From: Nitrospinales bacterium
GTDB taxonomy: Bacteria; Nitrospinota; Nitrospinia; Nitrospinales; VA-1
Direction: 5' to 3'
NCBI GenBank assembly: GCA_965223795.1
Contig: CBDCXL010000002.1
Coordinates: forward strand, 2,944,001-3,008,000
Length of the DNA stretch: 64,000 bases
The position numbers were made by a program, and so were the translations under genes. Under the pieces are notes generated by a model. That model was not told the DNA's origin. It was given only the letters and a program-made list of their open reading frames with translations, and ran no database searches. Position 1 is the first letter of the stretch. The number at the start of each line of letters is the position of its first letter. Shown one piece after another: positions 27,528 to 36,922 of the stretch.

Positions 27528-29987
27528 ATGACCCCAAAAAAAGCCGATTTGCACCTGCACAGCAAAGCTTCCAACAAAACCCCCCTGTATGCCTTAAGGA
27601 AAATCAATTGCCCGGAAAGTTTCACCACACCGCAATGCATTTATGAAACAGCTAAAAAGCGCGGCATGGACTACGTCACGCTCACCGACCACAACACCAT
27701 CAACGGGGCGCTGGAAATTGCGCACCATGCGGATGTGTTCATCGGCTGCGAGTTCACGGCGAAATTCCCCGAGGTGGACACCAAGATCCATGTGGTGGCT
27801 CTGAATCTCACAGAAAAGATTTATCAGGAGGCCAATCGAATCCGGCGCAACGTCTACGAACTGGTCGAATACTTGAGAGCGCAGAAGATCGTCCATTTCA
27901 TCGCCCACCCTTTTTTCGATCACAAGGGCAACCTGGATCTGGACACCTTTGAAAAAATCCTGCTGCTGTTCAACGTGTTCGAAGAGGTCAACGGCACCAA
28001 AACTCCCAAGCTCAACCAGTTCAACGCCAGGGTGCTGGACGCGGTGACACCGGAGCGGATCGAGCAACTCGCCAATAAGCACGACATCGCCCCTTTCGGA
28101 GAAAAGCCGTGGATCAAGGGGCGTGTGGGCGGTTCCGACGATCACGGCGGGCTTTTCATTGGCAAGACATTCACTTCCGCACCGGCAAACGATTTAAACG
28201 GTTTCCTCGACGCTATCGAAAACCGCAACAGCTGCGCCGGCGGCGATAACGGTGACCATTTGACGCTGGCGCACGCGATCTACAGCATCGGCTATCAATT
28301 TCTGAAGGACAAACTGACACCCGGCAATGGAAAATCGCTTCCCTTCATGAAAACGCTGCTCAACACCACGTTCAATCCGACTCCGGAAAAACTGCGGCCC
28401 TCGGAAAAACTCCGGATCCTGTTCAACAGATGGCTGCCCGAACCGAGCAGCACGGCTTCCGATTTCAGCTTCGAAAATATCCTCAACCGTGAAGCCAAAA
28501 AGATTCTGGACAACCGCGAATTCCAGAATTCCCTTTCTTCACAAGACCTGAACCGCAAGATCTTCACAGTCACCTGCCACCTGGCCAACCGGCTGATGTA
28601 CGTCTACACAGAACGGCTCACCCGCATGCCGGGCCCGCTCAATCTCGTCAGCTCGATCGAGGCTTTGAGCAACCTGGGTCTCGTGCACTTGCTGGTCAGC
28701 CCGTATTTTGTCTCTTTTTACTACAGCCACCGCAACAGCGAACTCATTCGCGATGTGGAACAGTCGCTGCTGGGCATCGCGGAAAAAGACAAGCCGCAGA
28801 AAATCGCTCTGTTCACCGACACGCTGGAAGAGATCAACGGCGTCGCCATCACCATGAAGCGTATGCTGAAATACTCGCGCGAAAACGGGATCGATCTGAC
28901 GATCATCACCGCTTCGAAAGGACCGACCGGCTATAAAGACGGCGTGATGAATTTTCAGTCCACAGGCGATTTCTCGCTGCCGGAATATCCGGAGATTCAG
29001 CAGCACTTCCCGCCCATCCTGGAAGTGATGGATTACATCGAACGGGAAAACTTCACGCGCATCCATGTGAGCACGCCGGGCTCGCTGGGTATACTGGGAC
29101 TGGCGATTTCCAAACTGATGAATTTCCCGCTCACCGGCACCTATCACACGGACATTCCGCAGTACGTGAAAAACCTCACACACGATGCCGGACTGGAGAA
29201 GACAGCGATGAATTACATGATCTGGTTCTACAACCACATGGACGAAGTGACCGTGCCCTCACTGAGCACCCAGCAGCAGCTGATCGACAACGGGCTGGAA
29301 CCGGAGAAGATCAAGCCGCTGCCGCGCTGGGTGGACCACGAAGAATTCACGCCCAAAAAACAGGACGCGCAGTTCTGGAAAACGCTTACTCCCAACGATG
29401 CAGTCAAGTTCCTGTATGTAGGAAGGCTCTCTAAGGAAAAGAACCTGCAGGTTCTGGCAAAATCGTTCAAGCAGATCATCGATTCGGGTGAAGCGGCGAA
29501 CCTGATTCTGGTGGGAGACGGCCCCAACCGGGAAGAGCTGGAGCGGATGCTTGCGGGCACCCCGGCGGTGTTCACAGGGGTGCTCACCGGAGAGAATCTT
29601 TGCAAGGCCTACGCCAGCGCTGACGTGTTCGTCTTTCCCAGCACCACCGACACCTGGGGCAATGTCGTTCTAGAGGCGCAGGCATCAGGATTGCCCGTCA
29701 TCGTGACCGACCAGGGCGGCCCCAGGGAACTGATGGAAAACGGCAAGACCGGCTTCGTGGTGCACGGGGACGACATCGAGGATCTGGCCGGGGCCATGCG
29801 CTTTTACATCAAAAACCCGGCGGAAATCGGCGGCATGGGTTACCACGCCCGCTCGTTCATCCTGAAAAACAAAGTCAGCACCCGCGACACCTACAGCAGC
29901 ATCTTCAACTTCCGCTATGAACTCCGGACGCAGGCGCCCGCCCGCCCCAGCCAGGCGGGCAAGGGAGCGGATCTGCAACCGGCTTGA
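27528..29987 (+). CDS. PHP domain plus GT4 glycosyltransferase fusion
   Basis: DLHLHS, LTDHN, AHP, GSDDH; FTDT..INGV, YVGRLSKEKN, STTDTWGNVVLEAQASGLP. Confidence 0.9.
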   Translation: MTPKKADLHLHSKASNKTPLYALRKINCPESFTTPQCIYETAKKRGMDYVTLTDHNTINGALEIAHHADVFIGCEFTAKFPEVDTKIHVVALNLTEKIYQEANRIRRNVYELVEYLRAQKIVHFIAHPFFDHKGNLDLDTFEKILLLFNVFEEVNGTKTPKLNQFNARVLDAVTPERIEQLANKHDIAPFGEKPWIKGRVGGSDDHGGLFIGKTFTSAPANDLNGFLDAIENRNSCAGGDNGDHLTLAHAIYSIGYQFLKDKLTPGNGKSLPFMKTLLNTTFNPTPEKLRPSEKLRILFNRWLPEPSSTASDFSFENILNREAKKILDNREFQNSLSSQDLNRKIFTVTCHLANRLMYVYTERLTRMPGPLNLVSSIEALSNLGLVHLLVSPYFVSFYYSHRNSELIRDVEQSLLGIAEKDKPQKIALFTDTLEEINGVAITMKRMLKYSRENGIDLTIITASKGPTGYKDGVMNFQSTGDFSLPEYPEIQQHFPPILEVMDYIERENFTRIHVSTPGSLGILGLAISKLMNFPLTGTYHTDIPQYVKNLTHDAGLEKTAMNYMIWFYNHMDEVTVPSLSTQQQLIDNGLEPEKIKPLPRWVDHEEFTPKKQDAQFWKTLTPNDAVKFLYVGRLSKEKNLQVLAKSFKQIIDSGEAANLILVGDGPNREELERMLAGTPAVFTGVLTGENLCKAYASADVFVFPSTTDTWGNVVLEAQASGLPVIVTDQGGPRELMENGKTGFVVHGDDIEDLAGAMRFYIKNPAEIGGMGYHARSFILKNKVSTRDTYSSIFNFRYELRTQAPARPSQAGKGADLQPA

Positions 29988-30001
29988 CCCCCTCCGGGAA
30001 A

Positions 30002-30036
30002 CGGACCGTCCCCTCTCGTGATACGGGGACGGTCCG
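30002..30036. terminator. Strong hairpin after the GT gene
   Basis: CGGACCGTCCCC / GGGGACGGTCCG 12-bp perfect inverted repeat, no clear U-tail. Confidence 0.5.
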
Positions 30037-30201
30037 GCTCTGCCAACAGAGTGAATAGAAAAAACTTTCTTTCCTTCCCCTTGAAACTCTAACCAAGCCC
30101 GCATCGGAGCCAATAATGTATTGAAATGCTCCTGCTTCCAGTTGTAAAATTTTTAGCTTTCCCGGGATTCAATTTTTTCCAACTCTCATTAACATAGAAA
30201 A

Positions 30202-31371
30202 ATGAAGCCGCTCTTTCCAACCCGGCTCCGACGGGCCCGCTGGACGCTTGCTTTCTCGATCGCTGTAATTCCCTTGCTGGTAGGGGTTTACGCTTCACCC
30301 ACGCTGGGCAACATCCTGTATTACAACTTCGCCGATCACGACGATCACAAAAAATTTCCTTCTCGGCCGCTGACGGCGAGCCCGGTCCCGTTTCACTTTC
30401 AGGAAGCAAAAGGCAACTGGAAGCCTCCGGCGACCCTCCACTTCCAGTCGGGTGAAACCCAAGGATGGGATGCGCTGCTCGATGCCACCGAAACGCTGGC
30501 GTTCCTGGTGATTCACAAGGACCGCATCCTGTACGAAAACTACCGCAACGGCCACGCACAAAACGCCCACTCCATTTCCTTTTCCATTGCGAAATCGTTC
30601 CTTTCCGCCCTTGTCGGCAAGGCTCTTGAAGACGGGCACATCGTCTCGCTCGATCAGCCGGTGACGGATTACGTGCCGGAATTTGCAGGCCGCGAGCACG
30701 CGGATTTCACCGTCAAGCAGCTGTTGCAGATGACCACGGGAATGGACTACACCGAACGGGCGCTGATCAACAATCCCTTCGGCATGCACGCACGGCTTTA
30801 TTACACGCCTTCTCTGGAGCGGGAAATTTTGTCCCTGAAATTCAAGGAGAAAGCGGGGCAACGGTTCCAGTACAAATCCGGGGAATTCGCGCTGCTCGGG
30901 CTGGTGCTGAGCCGGGCGCTGGGAGACGTGACCATCACCGAGTACCTGCAGGAAACCATCTGGAATCCCATCGGCATGGAATCCCCCGGTCTGGTCAATG
31001 TGGATCGCAAAGATGCCGACGGCATCGAGAAGATGTGGTGCTGCATGGGCGTCACCGCACGCGATCTGGCGAAGTTCGGCAGGCTGTATCTGAACGGCGG
31101 CAGTTGGGAAGGCCGGCAGGTGCTGCCCGGACAGTGGGTGCGCGATTCCACGAAGGTGGACGATCGGGACGGCAGCTCAAAGGAATACCAGTACGGCTGG
31201 TGGATCCTTCCGGAAACAGAGGGGGTCTTTCAGGCCGAGGGCTTGTACGGCCAGTACATCCACGTCAATCCGAAGACCCAGACGCTCATTGTCCGTTTGG
31301 GCAAAAGTCGCGGTCCCATCACCCGCGAACAATGGATCGAGGTGTTCGCCTCCGTTTCAAACTCCCTGTGA
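30202..31371 (+). CDS. Serine hydrolase (beta-lactamase/AmpC-fold)
   Basis: SIAK (SxxK), LLQMTTG, YKS, TARDLAKFGRLYL, GLYGQ. Confidence 0.9.
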   Translation: MKPLFPTRLRRARWTLAFSIAVIPLLVGVYASPTLGNILYYNFADHDDHKKFPSRPLTASPVPFHFQEAKGNWKPPATLHFQSGETQGWDALLDATETLAFLVIHKDRILYENYRNGHAQNAHSISFSIAKSFLSALVGKALEDGHIVSLDQPVTDYVPEFAGREHADFTVKQLLQMTTGMDYTERALINNPFGMHARLYYTPSLEREILSLKFKEKAGQRFQYKSGEFALLGLVLSRALGDVTITEYLQETIWNPIGMESPGLVNVDRKDADGIEKMWCCMGVTARDLAKFGRLYLNGGSWEGRQVLPGQWVRDSTKVDDRDGSSKEYQYGWWILPETEGVFQAEGLYGQYIHVNPKTQTLIVRLGKSRGPITREQWIEVFASVSNSL

Positions 31372-31546
31372 TTCCCGTCCCGCTGTGCGGGAGATTGAAT
31401 TGATCGTGGGATTTTTGAGATGGAAGCGGCTCGTCCACGGCATTTCCAGTTAAATCCACCACAGAAAAACCATTCGAGTTTGCAGCTTGCCCAAACGCGG
31501 CCGCATCGTGGCAGGAGTGCGCGGCATGCAGCTTTTGTTGAGAGAG

Positions 31547-31618
31547 TAGCCCCAAGGGGAATCGAACCCCTGTTTCCGGCGTGAGAGGCCGGCGTCCTTA
31601 CCCCTAGACGATGGGGCC
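31547..31618 (-). tRNA. tRNA-Glu (anticodon CTC), CCA not encoded
   Basis: GGCCCCATCGTCTAGGGGTAAGGACGCCGGCCTCTCACGCCGGAAACAGGGGTTCGATTCCCCTTGGGGCTA folds as a cloverleaf. Confidence 0.96.
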
Positions 31619-31668
31619 CTGTCGTGCATTGAGGTTGGCTGTCCGTCAAGGCCGGACGGCGGGCCGTT

Positions 31669-32145
31669 TCAGAATCCGGGTTTGTCCATGATCGGCGGTC
31701 CGCCGCCTTTGGAACGCCGCTCTTTCTTTTTCTCCTCGCGCAGCCGGTGCTCTTCATCCAGGTCCCGCTTGTTGACTTTGGAGATGAGGTACACCATGAG
31801 CGGGTAGGCGGGCAGCGACATGATGCCCCAGGTGGCGAAAAACATGCCCTGCGGCGACATGGGGCTGGTGTCGGAGCCTTCTTTCGCGCCGGTGAACGCG
31901 AGAAACAGCATCAATCCGAACAGCATTCCCAGCAGCGAACAGATGGCGGTTTTGTGCACCACTTCGTTGGGGTACAATCCGGGAAGCACCGGAAACTCCG
32001 TGACGTAAGCCCCAAGCAGGCCGAGCGTGCCCATGATGAAGATGGCCGCCATGAGAAAATCGGTGGTGATGGCCCAGGTGGCGACGACTAGGTAGATGGG
32101 CGCCCACAGGCCGACTATGAAAGGATTGCGGTAAATGTTCATCAA
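31669..32145 (-). CDS. Hypothetical 4-TM membrane protein between two tRNAs
   Basis: 158-aa ORF, four hydrophobic segments, charged C-terminus. Confidence 0.75.
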   Translation of the reverse strand: MMNIYRNPFIVGLWAPIYLVVATWAITTDFLMAAIFIMGTLGLLGAYVTEFPVLPGLYPNEVVHKTAICSLLGMLFGLMLFLAFTGAKEGSDTSPMSPQGMFFATWGIMSLPAYPLMVYLISKVNKRDLDEEHRLREEKKKERRSKGGGPPIMDKPGF

Positions 32146-32180
32146 TGTGACCGGGTTGATAAAATTGAAAAAGGAAGGAA

Positions 32181-32254
32181 TGGCTCGGGCACAAGGATTC
32201 GAACCTCGACTTTCAGGGCCAGAACCTGACGTCCTACCATTAGACGATGCCCGA
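32181..32254 (-). tRNA. tRNA-Gln (anticodon CTG)
   Basis: TCGGGCATCGTCTAATGGTAGGACGTCAGGTTCTGGCCCTGAAAGTCGAGGTTCGAATCCTTGTGCCCGAGCCA; U1-A72 pair, CCA encoded. Confidence 0.96.
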
Positions 32255-32280
32255 GCGCTAATTCCTTTGGATTCAGGTTC

Positions 32281-32309
32281 ATGATAGTTTTATATCTTTT
32301 TACTGTCAA
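32281..32309 (-). promoter_or_regulatory. Sigma70 promoter of tRNA-Gln
   Basis: TTGACA-17 bp-TATCAT on the minus strand, 27 bp before the tRNA. Confidence 0.75.
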
Positions 32310-32379
32310 CCACAATTCATTTGTTAATACGGGTTGCGCTGACAGGATTGTATTTCATGTGCAAAGAGGGTTTTGAGCC

Positions 32380-32961
32380 ATGCGGGTGATCGCGGGCAGC
32401 GCCCGAGGGACGCGGCTTACGGGACTGAAGGGCGCGGATGTGCGGCCCACGCTGGACCGGGTGAAGGAATCGTTCTTCAACATGGTGGGTCCGGATCTTT
32501 CGGGCCAGTGGTTTCTCGACGGCTTCGCGGGCACCGGGGCGATGGGCATCGAGGCGTTGAGCCGGGGCGCGGACTCCGCGGTGTTCGTGGAAATTCAGCC
32601 CAGGGCCGTGGATGTGATCCACGCCAATCTGGAAAAATGCCGTTTCGGGCGTGATGACGATTCGGCGGCGCCGGGCCGCGGGGACGTTTTGAAAATGGGT
32701 CTGTTTCAGGCTCTGCCATTGCTGGAGCGGCGGGGGCAGCGTTTCGACATCGTGTACCTCGACCCGCCGTTCGTGCTGGACTGCTACGAACCCTGCCTGC
32801 TCACCCTTGCGGCATCGGCCGTTGTGACCGGCGCCACCCAGGTGGTGGTCGAGCATTTCCGCAAAACGGAACTCAAACAAAATTATGGTACACTGATCCG
32901 CATTCGGGAAAGACGCGTGGGGGACACCACATTGTCCTTTTTCGCGCGCGATGCGGCCTGA
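32380..32961 (+). CDS. rsmD: 16S rRNA m2G966 methyltransferase
   Basis: MRVIAG..RPTLDRVKES, FAGTGAMGIEALSRGA, LDPPF. Confidence 0.95.
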   Translation: MRVIAGSARGTRLTGLKGADVRPTLDRVKESFFNMVGPDLSGQWFLDGFAGTGAMGIEALSRGADSAVFVEIQPRAVDVIHANLEKCRFGRDDDSAAPGRGDVLKMGLFQALPLLERRGQRFDIVYLDPPFVLDCYEPCLLTLAASAVVTGATQVVVEHFRKTELKQNYGTLIRIRERRVGDTTLSFFARDAA

Positions 32962-32997
32962 AGGGCAGGGGCCGTTTGTTTCAATCATTGAGGGATC

Positions 32998-34086
32998 ATG
33001 CTGCCGGACGCTTCCAGTAAAGAAAAGATCGTCATCGCCATGAGCGGCGGGGTGGACAGCTCCGTCGCGGCGGCCCTGCTCAAGGAGCAGGGTCACGACG
33101 TGATCGGCATCTCGCTGCAGCTTTGGAATTACAGCGCCGAGACGGACGACCGCTTCGGCACCTGCTGCTCGCTGGACGATCTCGCCGACGCCCGCCGGGT
33201 TGCGGACAAGATCGGCATCCCGTTCTACATCCTCAATCTGGAAAAGGAATTCCGCCGCGAGGTGGTGGACACCTTCGTGTCCGAATACATGCAGGGGCGC
33301 ACGCCGATTCCCTGCACGCTGTGCAACCAGAAGCTGAAGTTCGACGAAATGCTGGACCGGGTCGCGGCGTTCGGCTATCAGCGCGTGGCCACGGGGCATT
33401 ACGCCTCCATCGTGCGCGATGCATCGGGAAGGCTCACGGTGCGGCGCGGCCGCGATCGCAACAAGGATCAGAGCTATTTCCTGTTCAGCCTGTCGCAGGC
33501 GCAGCTTGCACGGCTGGAATTCCCGCTGGGGGATCTGGAGAAGCAGGCGGTGCGCGATCGGGCCCGGTCGCTGGATCTCAACGTCGCCGACAAGGACGAA
33601 TCGCACGAGATCTGTTTCATCCCCGACAACAACTACGCCAATTTCATCGAGCAGGAAGTCGACTCCGGCGCCTTTAAAGAAGGCGCGGTGGTGGATTCCG
33701 AAGGCAGGACGCTGGGCACGCACCGCGGTTATCCCGCGTTCACGGTGGGCCAGCGCAAGGGGCTCAACCTCGGCGGGCTCAAGGAACCGTATTTCGTGAC
33801 CAAGATCGACGCCGCAAAAAACCAGATCACCGCCGGGCCGAAGAGGGAACTGTACCGCGACAGCCTGACCGTATCCGATGTGAATGGGTGCCTGCCCGCA
33901 GATACGCCGTTTGAGGCCGAGGTGCAGATCCGCTACCGCCACCGGGGTGCGGCGGCGCGGGTGACGCCGCTTGAGGGCGGCCGGGCGCGGGTCGATTTCG
34001 CCGCTCCGCAGATGGCAGTGGCGCCGGGCCAGGCGGCGGTGTTCTACGTGGACGACTGCGTGGCTGGCGGGGGCTGGATTGAATGA
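32998..34086 (+). CDS. mnmA: tRNA 2-thiouridylase
   Basis: AMSGGVDSS, TPIPC..CN, TGHYA, KDQSYFL, ICF, TVGQRKGL, PGQ. Confidence 0.96.
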   Translation: MLPDASSKEKIVIAMSGGVDSSVAAALLKEQGHDVIGISLQLWNYSAETDDRFGTCCSLDDLADARRVADKIGIPFYILNLEKEFRREVVDTFVSEYMQGRTPIPCTLCNQKLKFDEMLDRVAAFGYQRVATGHYASIVRDASGRLTVRRGRDRNKDQSYFLFSLSQAQLARLEFPLGDLEKQAVRDRARSLDLNVADKDESHEICFIPDNNYANFIEQEVDSGAFKEGAVVDSEGRTLGTHRGYPAFTVGQRKGLNLGGLKEPYFVTKIDAAKNQITAGPKRELYRDSLTVSDVNGCLPADTPFEAEVQIRYRHRGAAARVTPLEGGRARVDFAAPQMAVAPGQAAVFYVDDCVAGGGWIE

Positions 34087-34910
34087 AGGACGCACTGGAT
34101 GTTGCGGTGGAGGCGGCGCTCGCCGCGGGCCGCATCCAGACCGAACGCAGCGGCGACATCGGCAAAATTGAATTCAAGGGCAAGTTCGATGTGGTCACCG
34201 AGGTGGACACCCTGTGCGAGCAGGAGGTGATCCGCACGATCCGCAAGCGCTTTCCCGACCACCAGTTTCTCGCCGAGGAATCCGGCGCCAGCGCGGACGC
34301 GGATTCACCCAGCAAATGGATCATCGATCCTCTCGACGGCACCATCAACTATGCGCACGGGTTTCCTTTCTACTGCGTGTCCATCGGGCTGGAGCACGAA
34401 GGCGAGGTGATCGTGGGCGTGGTGTACTGCCCGCGTATGGACGAGCTGTTCGTGGCGGAAAAAGGCAAAGGCGCGACGCTCAACGGCGAGCCCCTGTCCG
34501 TCTCCACCATCCCCCGGCTCAAGGACAGCCTGCTGGTCACCGGCTTCACGCCGCAGGTGGCGCATTCCAAGGAAAACAATCTCGATCATTTCAGCCATTT
34601 CATGCGCGCCTGTCAGGCATTGAGAAGGCCCGGCTCGGCGGCGATGGACCTGTGCTACACGGCGGCGGGACGGTTCGAGGGTTTCTGGGAGTTGCGGCTG
34701 CACGCCTGGGACGTGGCGGCGGGCAAGCTGATCGTCGAGGAAGCGGGCGGCACCGTCACGCGCCTGAACGGCGAACCGCTCACGGTTTATGACCGCGAGA
34801 TCCTGGCGACCAACGGTCTTGTGCATGAAGAGATGGTGCGCGTGTTTGTGAGCGGCGGCGCGGACGATCCCGCCCGAGTGGAGAAAGCGCGAGCCGACTC
34901 CAAACCCTGA
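34083..34910 (+). CDS. suhB: Inositol monophosphatase
   Basis: AEES, WIIDPLDGTINY, WDVAAG. Confidence 0.9.
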   Translation: MKDALDVAVEAALAAGRIQTERSGDIGKIEFKGKFDVVTEVDTLCEQEVIRTIRKRFPDHQFLAEESGASADADSPSKWIIDPLDGTINYAHGFPFYCVSIGLEHEGEVIVGVVYCPRMDELFVAEKGKGATLNGEPLSVSTIPRLKDSLLVTGFTPQVAHSKENNLDHFSHFMRACQALRRPGSAAMDLCYTAAGRFEGFWELRLHAWDVAAGKLIVEEAGGTVTRLNGEPLTVYDREILATNGLVHEEMVRVFVSGGADDPARVEKARADSKP

Positions 34911-34958
34911 TCAAACCCAATCGCAGGATGAAAGAGACCTTTGCAGAAGTTATTTTCT

Positions 34959-35017
34959 GTCATGCTGAGCCTGTCGAAGCATGATTTCCTGGCACCCTTC
35001 GACAAGCTCAGGGTGAC
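34959..35017. repeat. Palindromic REP-like element, copy 1
   Basis: GTCATGCTGAGCCTGTCGAAG...CTTCGACAAGCTCAGGGTGAC; related copy at 51917. Confidence 0.8.
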
Positions 35018-35094
35018 GGTAAATAATAAATTTCTTTAGTGCTTTGCCTATTCCTAGGTCTCTGAAAGTGAGACGCGATCGTTGAGGTGACAGC

Positions 35095-36105
35095 ATGAAG
35101 CAGACCGTGAAGGCGTATGCCGCCAAAGAGGCGAAAGGCAAACTCGAACCGTTCGAGTACACGCTGCCGGAACTGGCTCCGGAACAGGTGGACGTGAAGG
35201 TGGACTATTGCGGCGTGTGCCATTCGGACCTCAGCATGTTGAATAACGACTGGGGCATCAGCCGGTATCCCCTGGTGCCCGGACACGAAGTGGTGGGCAC
35301 GGTGGCCGCGAAAGGCGAGCGCGTGCGCGGCCTGGATGTCGGGGATACGGTGGGACTGGGCTGGTTCACGCAAAGCTGCATGCACTGCGGCCAGTGCGTT
35401 TCGGGCAATCACAACCTGTGCGCCGAGAACGAACAGACCATCGTCGGGCGGCACGGCGGCTTCGCCGATCGTGTGCGCTGCGATGCGGCCTGGGCGGTGC
35501 CGCTTCCCAAAAAGCTGGACGCGTCCAAATGCGGGCCGATGTTCTGCGGCGGCATTACAGTGTTCAACCCCATCGTGCAGATGGGCGTCCGGCCTACGGA
35601 CCGCACCGGCGTGATCGGCATCGGCGGACTCGGGCACCTGGCGCTGCAGTTTCTCAACAAATGGGGCTGCGAGGTCACGGCGTTCACCTCCTCGCCCGAC
35701 AAGGCGGAGGCAGCCAAAAGGCTGGGCGCGCACCACATCGTCAACTCCCGCGACGATCAGGAGATGCAGGCGATCGCCGGTTCGCTCGATTTCATCCTCA
35801 ACACCACCAACGTGAACCTCAACTGGGAAAGCTACTTCAACGCGCTCGGACCGAAAGGGAAGTTCCACACCGTGGGCGTGATCCCCGACCCGATCCCGGT
35901 TCCCGCGTTTCCCATCATGGCCACGCAGAAGTCGATCTCCGGCAGTCCGCTCGGCAGCCCGGCGGTGATCCGGCAGATGCTGGAGTTCTGCGGCCGGCAC
36001 GCGATCGAGCCTGTGACCGAGGAATTCGCGCTGCGCGACGTCAACGACGCGTTCGAGCATCTGGAAGCGGGCAAGGCGCGCTTCCGGCTGGTGCTCAAGG
36101 TTTGA
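35095..36105 (+). CDS. Zn-dependent NAD(P)H alcohol dehydrogenase (cinnamyl-ADH/Ahr-like)
   Basis: CGVCHSD, GHE, CxxCxxC..C, GIGGLGH. Confidence 0.93.
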   Translation: MKQTVKAYAAKEAKGKLEPFEYTLPELAPEQVDVKVDYCGVCHSDLSMLNNDWGISRYPLVPGHEVVGTVAAKGERVRGLDVGDTVGLGWFTQSCMHCGQCVSGNHNLCAENEQTIVGRHGGFADRVRCDAAWAVPLPKKLDASKCGPMFCGGITVFNPIVQMGVRPTDRTGVIGIGGLGHLALQFLNKWGCEVTAFTSSPDKAEAAKRLGAHHIVNSRDDQEMQAIAGSLDFILNTTNVNLNWESYFNALGPKGKFHTVGVIPDPIPVPAFPIMATQKSISGSPLGSPAVIRQMLEFCGRHAIEPVTEEFALRDVNDAFEHLEAGKARFRLVLKV

Positions 36106-36224
36106 GCCGCGCACGAAACTGAGTTTGTGCGGCTCGCTTCCTCTCTCCCCATTTCCCGCCTTTTCCTGAAATAAAGCATGGCTTCGTTGAGAGCTTTATC
36201 GCTCTTCCTATAATAATTCGTTTG

Positions 36225-36267
36225 ATAAAACACTTTTAACATAAAAAACTTTTAAAAGTGTTTTTAT
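36225..36267. promoter_or_regulatory. Putative operator (direct and inverted repeats)
   Basis: ATAAAACACTTTTAA (36225), ATAAAAAACTTTTAA (36241), and a 13-bp perfect inverted copy TTAAAAGTGTTTT (36252). Confidence 0.6.
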
Positions 36268-36370
36268 TGTGCTAAGGTCGGGGAAAGTTGCTGGTTTTGG
36301 GAAATCCGTTTTCCCGATGCGAGCAAAATCCATTGAGTTTATGAGCATTCATGTACAGGAGGTGCAAACC

Positions 36371-36919
36371 ATGCCGCCGCTCAAAATTTTTAAGAAAATG
36401 GGTGTTTCCCTGATCTGTCTGTCCATCGTCGCCTGTGTCGGGGCTTCCGGAGCATCCGGACCGAAAGAAGCGGGATTGACTGACGCCAACATCGCAGCGA
36501 TCGTGGTCGGGGCCAACAAAATCGATATTTCCGCCGGGAACATCGCGCTGGAACGCTCGCAGAACGCCAAAGTGAGGGAGTTCGCCCAGCGCATGGTCAC
36601 CGACCATCAGTCGGTGCTGGATTCGGCCGTGCAACTGGTCACGCGGCTGGGGGTCACACCCGTGAACAACGACCTGGTTCACACCCTGTCCAAACAGTCC
36701 GCCGAGCACGAAGCGAACCTCAAGACCCTGTCCGGTGCGGCGTTCGACAAGGCTTACATCGATCACGAGGTGGCGTACCACGAGGCGGTCATCGATGTGG
36801 TCAAAAACCAGTTGATACCGGGCGCGCAGAATGACGAGCTGAAAGAAACGCTCATTTCCGTGGCGCCTGCCTTCGACGCGCACCTCAAGCACGCCAGAAT
36901 GGTTCAGGCGACGCTGTAG
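36371..36919 (+). CDS. DUF4142 (ferritin-like) exported protein
   Basis: AGGAGG SD; VREFAQRMVTDH, LSGAAFDKAYIDHEVAYH, HLKHA. Confidence 0.85.
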   Translation: MPPLKIFKKMGVSLICLSIVACVGASGASGPKEAGLTDANIAAIVVGANKIDISAGNIALERSQNAKVREFAQRMVTDHQSVLDSAVQLVTRLGVTPVNNDLVHTLSKQSAEHEANLKTLSGAAFDKAYIDHEVAYHEAVIDVVKNQLIPGAQNDELKETLISVAPAFDAHLKHARMVQATL

Positions 36920-36922
36920 CCC

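Larger units (their letters stand above)
12827..31592. mobile_element. tRNA-Glu-integrated genomic island (~18.7 kb), integrase apparently lost
   Basis: Flanking 50-bp direct repeats; symmetric recombinase core at 12856-12880; AT-rich left end; accessory gene cargo. Confidence 0.85.

Noticed and set aside
30202..31371. Beta-lactam resistance gene
   Set aside because: SxxK/YxS serine hydrolase lacking the class C KTG motif; more like esterase/amidase members.
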